Below, piece after piece: positions 1 to 11,477 of a stretch of 45,348 nt of DNA (position 1 is its first letter; every line of letters begins with the position of its first letter). The position numbers were made by a program, and so were the translations under genes. Source of the stretch: Octopus bimaculoides (taxonomy: Eukaryota); assembly GCF_001194135.2 (NCBI RefSeq), contig NC_068982.1, forward strand, positions 59,926,805 to 59,972,152, written 5' to 3'. The notes under the pieces were generated by a model. The model was not told the DNA's origin. It did not search any database and was given only the letters and a program-made list of their open reading frames with translations.

Positions 1-624
1 GACTTTTACATCGCGTGATTCCAGTTTCCTGGACAGTTGTCATCACGGTTGTTTTGTCATTGTCAATTCTTTTGTACATTGCATGCATGTATCTCACAAT
101 TGTACATCACTTTCTTTGATTTTTCTTTATATATATTTGTGCCACATCTTATGGGTGTTTTTCGGTAGCCATCTTGCCTCAAGCGCCACTCCAAATTTCT
201 ATTTTCGTGCTTTCGGCACTCGAGGGGGAGCCATGTAGTGACGCCTTATAGCAGACGACATTTCCGGAGTTTTTATCCACGCGTGCACAGGGACTAGTTC
301 CGGAAGGAATACAGGAAGAGTCTCATGCGCATGCGTAGTCATCGACATCCAAGCTTTCGCGCTTTTTTCACTCTCTTTCTCGCTGGCCGACGAAGGGCCT
401 AGACGTCGTCAACATCCACTCTCCAACATTCCAACTCTGGAGCTACACAAATAACCACGCAATTTCATTGACGGCGTGTCAGTAACCAAAGGGCGAAGTG
501 CTGCCGAATTCTATTGTAATAAATATCGGTGTTGATAGTTCAGAATCTGCGTTCCGTTGTTTCTTCAAGAAATTTAATGTACGGAAGCGGAGTACACCTA
601 ATGGTGTATAACCACTTCCCTACA
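1..624 (+). mobile_element. 3' end of an LTR retrotransposon (probably Gypsy-type): internal tail, polypurine tract and 3' LTR (234-624)
   Basis: PPT GAGGGGGAG at 222-230 is followed 3 nt later by TGTAG (234). The LTR ends in CTACA (624), giving TG..CA ends with a 5-bp inverted terminus. AATAAA lies at ~518, and the segment is richer in CpG than the background. Confidence 0.7.
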
Positions 625-1560
625 GTTTCATGGAAGTCCTTTTCCAAAATCGTCCAATATTGTCTGTGTTTCCTCCTGAACTTCATCTTACCATCTCATA
701 GCCTTTAATTTCGTTATGAGAAGTACTTAGAATTACTCTTAAACCTTTAGAAATTGATTTCAATGAAATTTGTTTTGTTCATTGTTAAAATCTACATCGT
801 CGGGAGGGAGGGAAGTGGAAGTAGGCAGATTATCATGATGCAGCAGCCAATTGCAATTAACGTTTCATGAAGCTTGAGGGACACGTTAGATCGTCAGGAT
901 ACCTCTGTTTTAGATCGTGTGTCAAAAGTCTAAGGACAAACTTTGCAGCTCTACATTGCAAGTTTTTTTGTTTTACGTGAGAATCTCCTTGTAGACACTA
1001 TAAGTGATTCCAGCCCAAGTTATTCAGGTGGCGTACGACTCAATAATAGCCTTCATAGATAAATTCACAAATTTTTCCAACATTTAAGATTTGGAGATGG
1101 CGGGGTTTTTTTCTTCTCCCCACTAGCGACATAAACAAGAGTGCATTTTGCACCAAAAACCAATATGAGAGTTTCTCTCATTGTATCTACTGCAGTATAG
1201 TTTGTTCTAACAGAACATCCATGTTTGAATGGGGATTAAATATTACCTCTCTGCATTAATACTACTTCTGTTGCCAATGTATATATCTTTTATTTTATTT
1301 CTAGTTGTTGGTCATCCTGAACGCTTATTATCTTGACACTCAAATGCCCTAGAAAGGGTTATGTCCCGCAAAAGCCCGTATCTAGCCTTGAAATGTTTGC
1401 AGGTGTCTCAGTAGCCAATTTACTGAGCTTTATACGAATTTTAATTCAAACACGTAGTTTGAATTTTTCAACTATAGTAACAATTGCAGAACTGTTTTAC
1501 TACAACATTACAGAACCTTGATAATAATTGAATACGAGTAAATAGCCTGAAGACTATTCG

Positions 1561-1735
1561 TATACTTTTCTACTCTAGGCACAAGGCCCGAAATTATTTT
1601 TTTTTGGTGGGGGGGGGCAGTCGATTAGATCGACCCAGTACGCAACTGGTACTTATCGATCCCTTAAGGATGAAAAGCAAAGTCGACCTCGGCGAAATTT
1701 GAACTCAGAACATAAAGACAGAAGACTGTTCGTAT
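1561..1735 (-). mobile_element. tRNA-derived SINE, family B
   Basis: Minus strand has a B-box-like GAGTTCAAAT followed by GTCGACTTTGC...GATAAGTACCAGTTGCGTACTGGG. Homologous to the copies at 9603-9813 and 32935-33075. Confidence 0.75.
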
Positions 1736-1973
1736 ACTGTGACTCAATAGAATAGGTATCAGTAATTGTCATGTGTTCGTATTTCCATTGGTGCAATCCG
1801 GGAAACTTTTATATATAAATATCATATGTATATAAATATACATAGACAAACACACAAATAAGTGTGTGTGTAAAGAGAGGTAGGTTTTGTTTATTCTTAA
1901 GAAAATGAAAATCCCTGGTTATATAAATAACTATTGTAATTAAATTAGAGTAAATAATGTTTTAAAACTACGT

Positions 1974-2534
1974 ACCTGTTTCTATTATACGGGAGACAGA
2001 AACACGGTATAAAGAAATACATGGAACAAGATGGAAACTTTAAATGTCTTTAATGCCGGCCACACGTATATATACACAAGCTGAATGATAAATGGAAGTG
2101 ATTGATGGATATTTATTCATATATCTACATGCATCTGATGTTTGCTGTTAATCCTTGTGAGGAAAGTCGCGAACAGCGATGTTAGAACCTGTGCAGTGTT
2201 GTCGGTGCTGTGTAGAGATGTTGTTGACGACGTTGGCAAGAGACATGATGGTGGTGACGAAAATGGAGGTCGCTGTAATGTGGTCAGTGGTTAGACCTTA
2301 GAAGGTCTGGAACCAGCAGCCCCGAGACTAGGAGGAGGTGAGTTTTTATAGCTTACGGTAGTCTCAAATGGAGTTTAGAACAGGCTGTCTCACGTGATTT
2401 ATTTGGAGGCTGCGATTTGTTAGGTTGCATATTGGCGCGCGATAGAGTAAGAGACACATTGCGCCAATACCAACCAATCAGAGCGGTAGACACAACGGGG
2501 TCCAAAACAGCGCCCAAAGGTTAGCAGTTGCCTG
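1974..2534 (-). mobile_element. Solo-LTR-like / unclassified promoter-bearing insertion
   Basis: Flanked by CTACGT direct repeats (1968-1973, 2535-2540). Minus-strand order is CCAAT boxes (2464-2480), CACGTG (2391-2396), TATAAAA (2344-2350), then AATAAA (2112-2117). It lacks canonical TG..CA ends. Confidence 0.4.
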
Positions 2535-2644
2535 CTACGTTCATATGTATGTATATATAATAGAGAGAGGAAGTTCACTAGAATTCGCTACACATTTAAT
2601 GAATATGAACCCTTCTTATATAGATTTTACTAGAGCAACAAAGG

Positions 2645-3400
2645 TGGAATAAGTATTTTATTCAAGCCACAAGGGTTAAACATAGAGGGGACGATACAAT
2701 ATGATCATGGGGTCGGGAAACGGATGAAATAACATTGAAATGAACAGTCAAAAATACATGGCATTAAATCGGATAAAAAGAAAAACAATACGACAGTACA
2801 ATGAAGTAGGGGGACGGGTACGACCCCGCAAGCCACATTCCTCCACTGGACCTTTTTACTTACCTTTTATGGTTTACCCTCAAGCAGGACCTTTCATTCC
2901 CAACATGTATACCACTTGCTTCCATCATGTACCATTACGTATCCGATGACAGGCACTTCTCTAGCCTTATTTCCCTTCGTAGAAGGAAAACAAAAAGATT
3001 TACCAGTCCTTGGCCAGAGATGAAGATACCTGGAAAGGTGGAACAATCTTTATAATTGGCTCGGAAGACAGCTGTACTCTTCCCAGACGTGACAGCAGTT
3101 CGACATAAACCCACAGCTCTACAATCCCCGAACGCTGCACAAATGTGTGCCGAACAGTGGGGAGAGTAGACATCCTTGACGAACTGAGCGCTTGATACAA
3201 ATGTGAAATAAAGCAAGAAAGAGGTTAAAGCAGGAATATATGATGGATAATTTATTTATATTTTTTCATCCTTTATTCGTGATGGAAGGTAGTTCTCATT
3301 ACAGAGAACCCATGAATGGTGGAAAGGAAGAATGTATCCTAAAATCGGAAGCCAGGCCCGAATGTTTACAACAGAGAGGACTCTGCTAAAGGTAAGCAAG
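2645..3400 (-). mobile_element. Truncated, internally deleted L1/Tx1-clade LINE (ORF2 fragments plus 3' UTR)
   Basis: Minus-strand frames give the RT motif RSVRQGCLLSPLF (~3152-3190). This joins directly to C-terminal-like peptides TVRHTFVQRSGIVELWVYVELLSRLGRVQLSSEPIIKIVPP and FISGQGLVNLFVFLLRREIRLEK. AATAAA at ~2657. Confidence 0.55.
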
Positions 3401-4284
3401 TGCCAGATGGTGGTGTTAAACAGGGCAATGGATTAAGTCTATAACTCGTAACAATGGAACTGCTCGATATAATTTCTAATGATGAACTTCAGGAATGTAA
3501 ACTTTTCAAAGACTAAACTTTACTCGATTTTTTTAATGGGTGTGAGTTTACTTTAAATTACTTTGCAGATGGATTTTGATGAGTGAAATATAAGGTTACA
3601 TCCTAAGCAGTAGTATTATACTGAGAGGTTTAATCAAATTGTAGAAGAGTGCATTTGATGGATAGATTATTTAGTGTATTCTGGCATTTGATATCTTTAA
3701 AATATATCGTATGCTATAGGTGTGTATGAAGAGAATCTGAAAGATGCCCTTCAGACACACTTTCTATTCCTCATAGTTTTGAGCGAAGCAGATTTCAAAG
3801 TTTCAGTTATGCATGAGCTACATGATTTGTTTTCTATAGCCATTTAGTTCCAGAAATGATGTTTATTTTTGTAGCCTAAACCCAAATGAGACTAGACAAT
3901 AAAGTGTTTTTACTTAATTTAGAAATATGAAACAAGTTGATGTCATATGAACTTAAAAACATTGAGAACGTGAAATTATTCAGTTTAGGAAGGGTGAATT
4001 TCAAAGTAGATAAAGCTATGAACACTATCGTATAAATATTGGGTTAAAAATCCCTTTGAATAGAAAAGGTCAAAGGCTGTCCGTGGGACGCATACTCACA
4101 TTTCTTGTAAACATGACAAGTGTTATAGCATTGGGCCAAATCCTTCGAATTTCTTTCACCATCTTGGAAACTGATTCTTACCAGCCTTTGACTCTTTCTA
4201 CTCAAAGAGTTTTGTAACCTGTTATTTACACGCTATTTATTTATAGCTTTATCTGCTTTGAGATTTACCGTTCATGTAATATAT

Positions 4285-4700
4285 TTTATCTTTTACTTGT
4301 TTCAGTCATTAGACTGCGGCCATACTGGGGCACCGACTTGAAGAAATTCAGTTGAATGAATAGACTCCAGTATCTATTTTTTAAAAACCCGGTACTTATT
4401 TCATCGGAGTCTTTTTGCCAAACCACTATGTTACAAGGACGTAAGCAAAGCAACACCGGTTGTCAAGTGGTGGTGGGGAAAAAAATAAAGAGACACACAC
4501 ATATATATGTGTGTGTATGCATACGTATATGTGTGTGTGTGTGACAGGTTTCTTTCAGTTTCTGTCTACCACATCCACTCACAAGGCCTTGGTCAGCTCA
4601 AAGCTATAGTAAAAGACATTTGACCAAAGAACCATACAGTGGGACTGAGCCTAGGACCACGTGATTGGGAAGCAAGCTTCTTATCACACAGCCACTTCTG
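4285..4700 (-). mobile_element. tRNA-derived SINE, family A, full length with internal microsatellite
   Basis: Reverse complement of the 5310-5695 copy: tRNA-like head, internal (TG/TA)n, 3' GACTGAAACAAGTAAAAGA tail. Confidence 0.85.
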
Positions 4701-5309
4701 TGCATGCATGCACACGCATACACACACACACACACACATACACATATAAAATGTGTCATTAGTCTACCTTATGGAATAATAGATTATATCTTTAGCTACA
4801 AAGATTGTGTCTTACGGACAGTTATTTCAGTTTACACAATTTCAATTGCTTGCTGTTTGATTCATTGAAGTCTAATTTTGTTTAGATAAATTCGAAGAAG
4901 CAACAGTATGAAATGTTGATATCGCTTTTATCATATGGAGTGTGTTTTCAAAGTAGTTTGAAGAAATTATTCGCTACAGATGTTACATCTGCAATATTAA
5001 AATAAGGGTTATACCAGGTGATATTTCACTTCCTGTTTTTGTGGTTTAATGGTTTTTTCATCATGTTTAGTTTCATTCTCTGTTATTGTTTTAGTAACAT
5101 TTAAAATTTATTAAAACCATTATGTTCCAAATCTTAGTCCTTAGAAAATAGTAGAATCTCTTCGTTAGCTGGATGAAGTACCCCCAACCATCACTAAAAC
5201 CGAGTACACAGTTTAATCTAAAAGAAGCATACGTTCCTGTAGTCCACCTTCAAAAATTATGTCTAACAGTCCATTTGCTAGCATACAAGTAATTCCTTCC
5301 ATATAGGTG

Positions 5310-5695
5310 AAGGAGTGGCTGTGTGGTAAGTAGCTTGCTTGCCAACCACATGGTTCTGGGTTCAGTCCCACTGCATGGCACCTTGGGCAAGTGTCTTCTA
5401 CTATAGCCTCAAGTCAACCAAAGCCTTGTGAGTGGATTTGGTAGACGGAAACTGAAAGAAGCCCATCGTGTGTGTCTGTTTGTCTCCTCCCACCACCACC
5501 ACCACCACCATCGCTTGACAACCAATGCTGGTGTGTTTATGTCCCCGAAACTTAGCAGTTCGGCAAAATAGTCCGATAGAATAAGTACTAGGCTTACAAA
5601 AAATAAGTCCTGGGGTCGATTTGTTCGACTAAAGGCAGTGCTCCAGCATGGCTGCAGTCAAATGACTGAAACAAATAAAAGAATAAAAGAAAGAA
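5310..5695 (+). mobile_element. tRNA-derived SINE, family A, full length
   Basis: A-box-like TGGCTGTGTGG, B-box-like GGTTCAGTCCC, internal (TG)n/(CCA)n, tail GACTGAAACAAATAAAAGAATAAAAGA. More than 10 related copies in the window. Confidence 0.9.
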
Positions 5696-8184
5696 TATTC
5701 CTTAACTATTTTGGTTGTTTTCATTTTCTTTTCTTTGTCCTTAGTTGATTTTGAAAGTCTTTTCTATTATTGTCTTGGTTGCATTCGTGCTGTGGCACCA
5801 CTTACAATGGTTTAGCTTATCAACTCAAATGCATTATTCTATTATCTGATACTTATTTTATAAATCTCTAATTTGTTAAACCACTAACAGGACACAAATA
5901 GTCACAAACAGACACACATATGCACCAACATCCATACGTACCAACGTACATACATATTACATACATACGTACATAGTTAAAGACACTTGCCTCTGGAATG
6001 TTACTGAAGCAAATATGTGTGATTGCAAAACGAACTTAAGACCATCTATGGCTCTCAAAATCTACTTTATGCCTCTAACAACTGCAAATTAAAATTTTGA
6101 AACAGTAAATAAAAGTAACAGTTGAAACATATTAGTTTCATCTAAATTAATTTATCTAGTCTCAAATGCTGATGAACAATTTTATGAGACATCTTGAGCT
6201 GAACATGAATGTTTTTAATGAGTGATATTTTCACAATTATCTCGAATTTGATATTAAAACCCAATGCCCACTCACTAGCATATTACCGCAATGCTTTGAC
6301 TACAACTTGTTCTCATTAGCTAAAAGCATAAACCTGTCTAAAATAATGACTTCCAGATGAAACAACATCAAAGTACAAAAAAAATCAAAACTTATATGTA
6401 TTACTCATACACCGGTCAGACAAAATCAAACACCAATGTGAAATAAACAATAATACATTTCAACGTTTCATCTCTAGGTTTATTTACTAACAACAATAAG
6501 GAAACAAACTAGAACATTTAAAATGATAAAATGTTTAGAATTGACTAAAGATTGTTGACTAGAAACTGTCACCTTCAAATATCATAAATCCAGTTTTGAA
6601 AGGAAACCTTCCATTCACCTTATTAATAATGCACAAAAAAGACAGACATTGGTAATATCAAAAAGAACATATTAGACAAATTAATTCTAAAACTTAAGCT
6701 AACATCAATACCACCATTACTGACTAGCACTTGCTTAGCTGCAGAATGATTTTATTTATCCCAAATAAAGGTTATTACAAATTCTTATTATTTGGCAATC
6801 AATCTCTAGAACATTGTCAATACCCTTAACCTTACACAGACTGTTACTAATATTGCAATAAAGGAAATACAATATACGATGTTTGCATGAGAAAATATTT
6901 ACTATGATAACGTTTTTATTGATTTAAGCATTTTAAAAATCCTTTAGTATCTCATTTAGTGTCAGTATGAGCACCCATGATTATGCCAAGTAAAGTAATC
7001 GTATAGGATGATAACATTTGTCTTAATTGTGAAAGAACTCTTGGTTTGTTGGGGACACTTGTAAACATGGTGGTCTTTTAATCTTGAATAATTTTAGTCC
7101 CAAGGTGGCCAATAAAAAACATTTACACGTTTTATTTAAAAGCTACAGATTTAAGATTCCAATTGTTACCATCATCGTAATTTTAATATTTCTAGATGTT
7201 GTACTACCCATATCGTTAACCAAATGAAGACTGTAATTATAGCCACAGACTATCTAACCAAATGGGTTCAATAAAAAAACTGAATAATGTATATAACTGA
7301 TATTTTGTCGTAAAATGTCACTTGTTTGCTAAGTGAACTAATTGACTGCATATACATGAATGCACCCATGTCTCCCAAGAGTATGATGCATTTGTGTCTT
7401 TGTGAAGCCCTCCACATAAATGCATAACATATTTTGTTGCTATAGTTGCTCAATGCTGGTAGTTTCCATTTGTTCCCTGCTGCACAGACAAGTCTTTTGT
7501 TTCTTTATATCACTTCCATAATGTAAACAATACAACTATAACTAACTTTTAAGTTATTTTCATTGAAGTACTTGAAAATATTATATGTATGGTGGGAGGG
7601 AGATGCTACCACTTTTTGTAGTTGCAATGATACCACATAACTAAATATGACCATTGACAAACGAAAATAATTTAGCCCAGCACAACATTTTTGTTTATCA
7701 ATGATTCAAATCCCATAATAGTCACCTTCCCAAAGATTTACAGGATAGGAAACTCAAAATACAACACCTCAAATATAGGAATAAGTAAAAATCTACATCA
7801 TTATATAACAGCAGCAACAACAAAATCCCTCTCATTCCCTCCTGCGCATGTGTGTATATACATATATATACTTAAATGATATCAACTGAGATGATATCAA
7901 AACAAACAATATATCCGACTTACAAAAAACATTAAAAGATACACATATTTCTATAGCAAATATAAGAAACATATCTAAATCCACATCAATTATCCCCAAC
8001 CAAATGAACTGATATTTTCCAGTATTGTAATAGTTTTCCTCATGTGTATTAAACATATAATTTTTACAAGCATTTACTACTTAAGAAGTATTATCTACAT
8101 ACGTCATTTAGTGGAGAATGCAAGCCTATATTGGAAGTACAAATTGTCTTTCATTTTTACAGGGAAATTCCAATATCATATTAC

Positions 8185-8220
8185 CTTCACGCTGCCAGCC
8201 AAGATTTCCAGGAATATCTC
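8185..8220 (-). CDS. Candidate 36-nt exon of an unidentified minus-strand host gene
   Basis: Acceptor TTCATTGCTTTCAG and donor GTAATA. Two open frames: DIPGNLGWQRE or EIFLEILAGSVK. Could be a chance match. Confidence 0.25.
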
Positions 8221-8879
8221 CTGAAAGCAATGAACTAATACACTTGCTTATGCTCTGTTGCTGTTTTAAAAAACTATCCATGCAGAATGTTTCATACAAA
8301 CAAACATATATACATATATGTGCGTGTGTGTATGTATATATATGTGAGTGTGTATGAGTATATGTATGTGTGTGTATACATATATATACTTACACATACA
8401 CACATATATACTAAACATTATAGCACTAATTTTGCAGTGAAAGTATTCCAGACATTTTCACTTTACTGACAGAAAAATACAAAAATAATTTTTAAAATAA
8501 CATATCCCTGTCTTAACAAAATCAAGCATAAATATTTGCTTTGTCTAAAAATAAAGATTATGTTTTTAATGCATTAAAACAAAAAAACAAAAATACTTTG
8601 CTGGATTGCGGTGACAGTCTATAAAAACAAATAACATGTAATGATGATGACAACACCATCTTCATAATCTACATCATCATATTCATTACAATCAGGTTTA
8701 CATTAATTTTTTTCTACTTGTGATGATAAACTAAGCATATTATTTCCAAATCTCGTTTTTATGTGTCAAATTTTAAATTGTGTCAGTGTTTTCTTTCCCA
8801 ACCAATATAGGTTTAAAGTGATTATTCATCAACTTCATAATGATTAGTCATCATACATTTATAATAGATATGTGTATAA

Positions 8880-9188
8880 TGGGCACTCAGTTGGTTACGA
8901 TGTTGAGGGTTCCAGTTGATCCAATCAGCCGAACAGCCTGCTCATAAGATTAATGTGCAAGTGGTTGAGCACTCCATGGACACGCATACCCTTAATGTAG
9001 TTCTCATTGAGATTCAGCATGACACTCGATATAGCAAGTCTGGTCCTTTGAATTACAGGTACAACTCATTTTACCAGCTGAGAGGACTGGAGGAATGTGA
9101 AATAAAGTGTCTTGCTCAAGGACACAATGCACCACTGGGATCTTATGATCATGAGCTGATTATCCCTCCCTGCTAAGTCACATGCCAC
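8880..9188 (-). mobile_element. tRNA-derived SINE, family C
   Basis: Centre (CCTTGAGCAAGACACTTTATTTCA...CTCAGCTG) is shared with 16617-16965. The ~180-bp tail is shared with 21877-22262. Confidence 0.75.
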
Positions 9189-9264
9189 ATAATTTTGAAA
9201 GTGCAGGGATTTTGCAATCCACCCCTACCCTCAGTATCATTATATCCACTATGCGTATATCATC

Positions 9265-9365
9265 ATCATCATTTAGCGTCCATTTTCTATGCTGGCATGG
9301 GTTAGACAGTTTGACTGGAACTGGCAAGCCAGAGAGCTGTACCAGGCTCCAGTCTATACTCTCAG
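9265..9365 (-). mobile_element. RTE-type LINE 3' tail fragment
   Basis: Reverse complement of CCATGCCAGCATAGAAAATGGACGCTAAATGATGATGAT; matches the plus-strand copies. Confidence 0.65.
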
Positions 9366-9602
9366 ATACCAAAATTACAAAAATGCATGATTGCAGTTTA
9401 AAAAAGTTTTATTCACATTCTCCACTGGTTGATATAAACCAGTTTAGTTAGGATAAACTATGATCAATCATAATAAAATATACATGTGATATGAGGCCTC
9501 ATTTGTTGATACTAAGACAATAATTCATGGAAAAGAGGTATGTTAGAGATATTCCCAAAAGACGTGTATGTAACATATATACAAAATTTGTCAGATATTC
9601 TT

Positions 9603-9813
9603 TTTTACTCTAGACACAAGGCCTGAAATTTTGGGGGAGAGAGCCAGTTGATTAAATCGACCTCAGTACGCAACTGGTACTTAATTTATCGACCACAAAA
9701 GAATAAAAGGTAAAGTCGACCTCGGCAGAATTTGAACTCAGAATGTAAAGACAGACGAAACACCTGTAAGCATTTCCCCTGGCATGCTAACATTTCTGCC
9801 AGCTTGCCACCTT
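9603..9813 (-). mobile_element. tRNA-derived SINE, family B
   Basis: Homologous to 1561-1735, with the 5' head retained. Confidence 0.8.
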
Positions 9814-10291
9814 AAAATTTGTCAGATATTACATATATGTATGCATGTGTGTCTAAAACTACAGATATATGCTTGTAGTATGTAAACTTAGTCCTGAGAT
9901 GGAAAAGGAACTGACAGAATATAAATGTATGTGTAAGATGCATGCAGGTTCAGATGACATATGCAAGTAGATCTGCACGGTATCTGTGCTTTCATACATG
10001 TGAGTCTATAAAAGGTTCTTTGTGCCCATAGGACACACATACATGCTTTATACTGTTGGTTACCCAGTGAGCTTGATAAAGTCAGTTTGTAAAGGGGAGA
10101 GATTGTCACAGAGGTTGGTATTGTGCAAACTGTAGTTGAAAAACGTGATGAAATTCAGAAATAATACATTTCTAAATCTCTCAGAGAGATTTATGCAGTA
10201 GTGATGTGATGAAGTAGTTGTATGCTGTCAACTTAATGTAACAGTCCCCTGAAGGAAATAATACTACTGTTGGTTAGAACTAGGAAGCTGC

Positions 10292-10447
10292 ACTGCTTCC
10301 TGTCGGCCTTAACACATTTCCTGTGTCCTTATGTTTACAAGACTCAGAAACATGTCTCTGGATGCAGGCTTAGCTAGGTGGAAGTGCTTGTCTCCCCCTT
10401 GTAAACATAAGGACACAGGAAATGTGTCAAGGCCGACAGGAAGCAGT
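10292..10447. repeat. 50-bp inverted repeat (49/50 identical) with a 56-bp spacer; MITE-like or hairpin element
   Basis: Arms 10292-10341 and 10398-10447 compared base by base; one mismatch. Confidence 0.9.
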
Positions 10448-11377
10448 AATGAAATTCAGTTGTGAAGTAGAACTCTTGCATTCTTGTTGAAATTTTAAGC
10501 TGTTCTCTCTTAGCTGATGAGGTACAATTATTAATCAAGTGCTTTGGGCAGTTGGCAGGAACAGTATTTGAAGTAATCGCAATTGGTAGGAGCTTTAGAT
10601 GCTCCTATCAACTGCATATACTGAACATGGAGCCATGTGGTTGGGAAACAAGCTTCTTACCACATAATCAATGATTTTCTTTCATAAATTTTATTGTTTC
10701 TTTCTAAAGAAGAAAATGAACGGCTTTAACTTTCTTTTCCTAAACTGCCAGTATTTTAAAATAACTTTATTTTAAGATTAAAAGGTGAATATAATAAACC
10801 ACATCTATTAACAACTTTTTATATATTTGTTTTTCTGCTCTGGAAGTATTCGCTCATAGATTAGTACATCACTTGGGATGTCATAGATACGATTCCAGTC
10901 CACATTTTTATAATTAATAATCAGTGAAGCAAAACTTTGATTCTTGTGATTCAAAATAATACCAAAAAAAGCAAGAAACCAACCTAATTTTCATCTTTAA
11001 AAAGTAACACACTGCTTAACAGTAACCCCCAAACTAACTTCTTTGAATAACTATGTATAATATATTTCCTAATATCATTTATAAGGGTAAGGTTTTTATA
11101 ATGATTAATTCGGAAAGAAACCTTTGCAAGATATTATTAATCTCCACAACGGCACCTCCCTCTTCCCCACCCTTACCTGCCACCTGCCACACTCATACAC
11201 TAGAATCAATCCAAATACAGAAAAAAAAAACAATAATAATAAAACAATCAATCCAAAAAAAGGGCACAAAAAAATAGAGCTAGTTGCAACCATCAGAAAC
11301 ACCATAATAAAAGATGATCAAAACTATTCACTTTGTTTATTAAAGTTGTTTAACCGGTAGAGTTGATTGGGATATTG

Positions 11378-11477
11378 GTGGTGATGGTGGTGGCTGCAGT
11401 GGTGGTGATGGTGGTGGTGGTGGTGGTGGTGGTGGTGTTGCTGCTGCTGGTACTGGTAGCAGTGGTGGTGGTGGTGA
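11378..11477. repeat. (GGT)n/(GCT)n trinucleotide microsatellite
   Basis: Directly visible; it produces the poly-Pro ORF 11340-11603. Confidence 0.9.

Noticed and set aside
625-1540. Possible DNA-transposon remnant or promoter
   Set aside because: No matching TIRs, ORF motifs or second copy found in the window.
10516-10560. CTGATGAG as a hammerhead core (likewise CTGAAGAG at ~33140 and CCGACGAAG at ~388)
   Set aside because: No pairable stem II followed by GAAA and a closing stem I/III.
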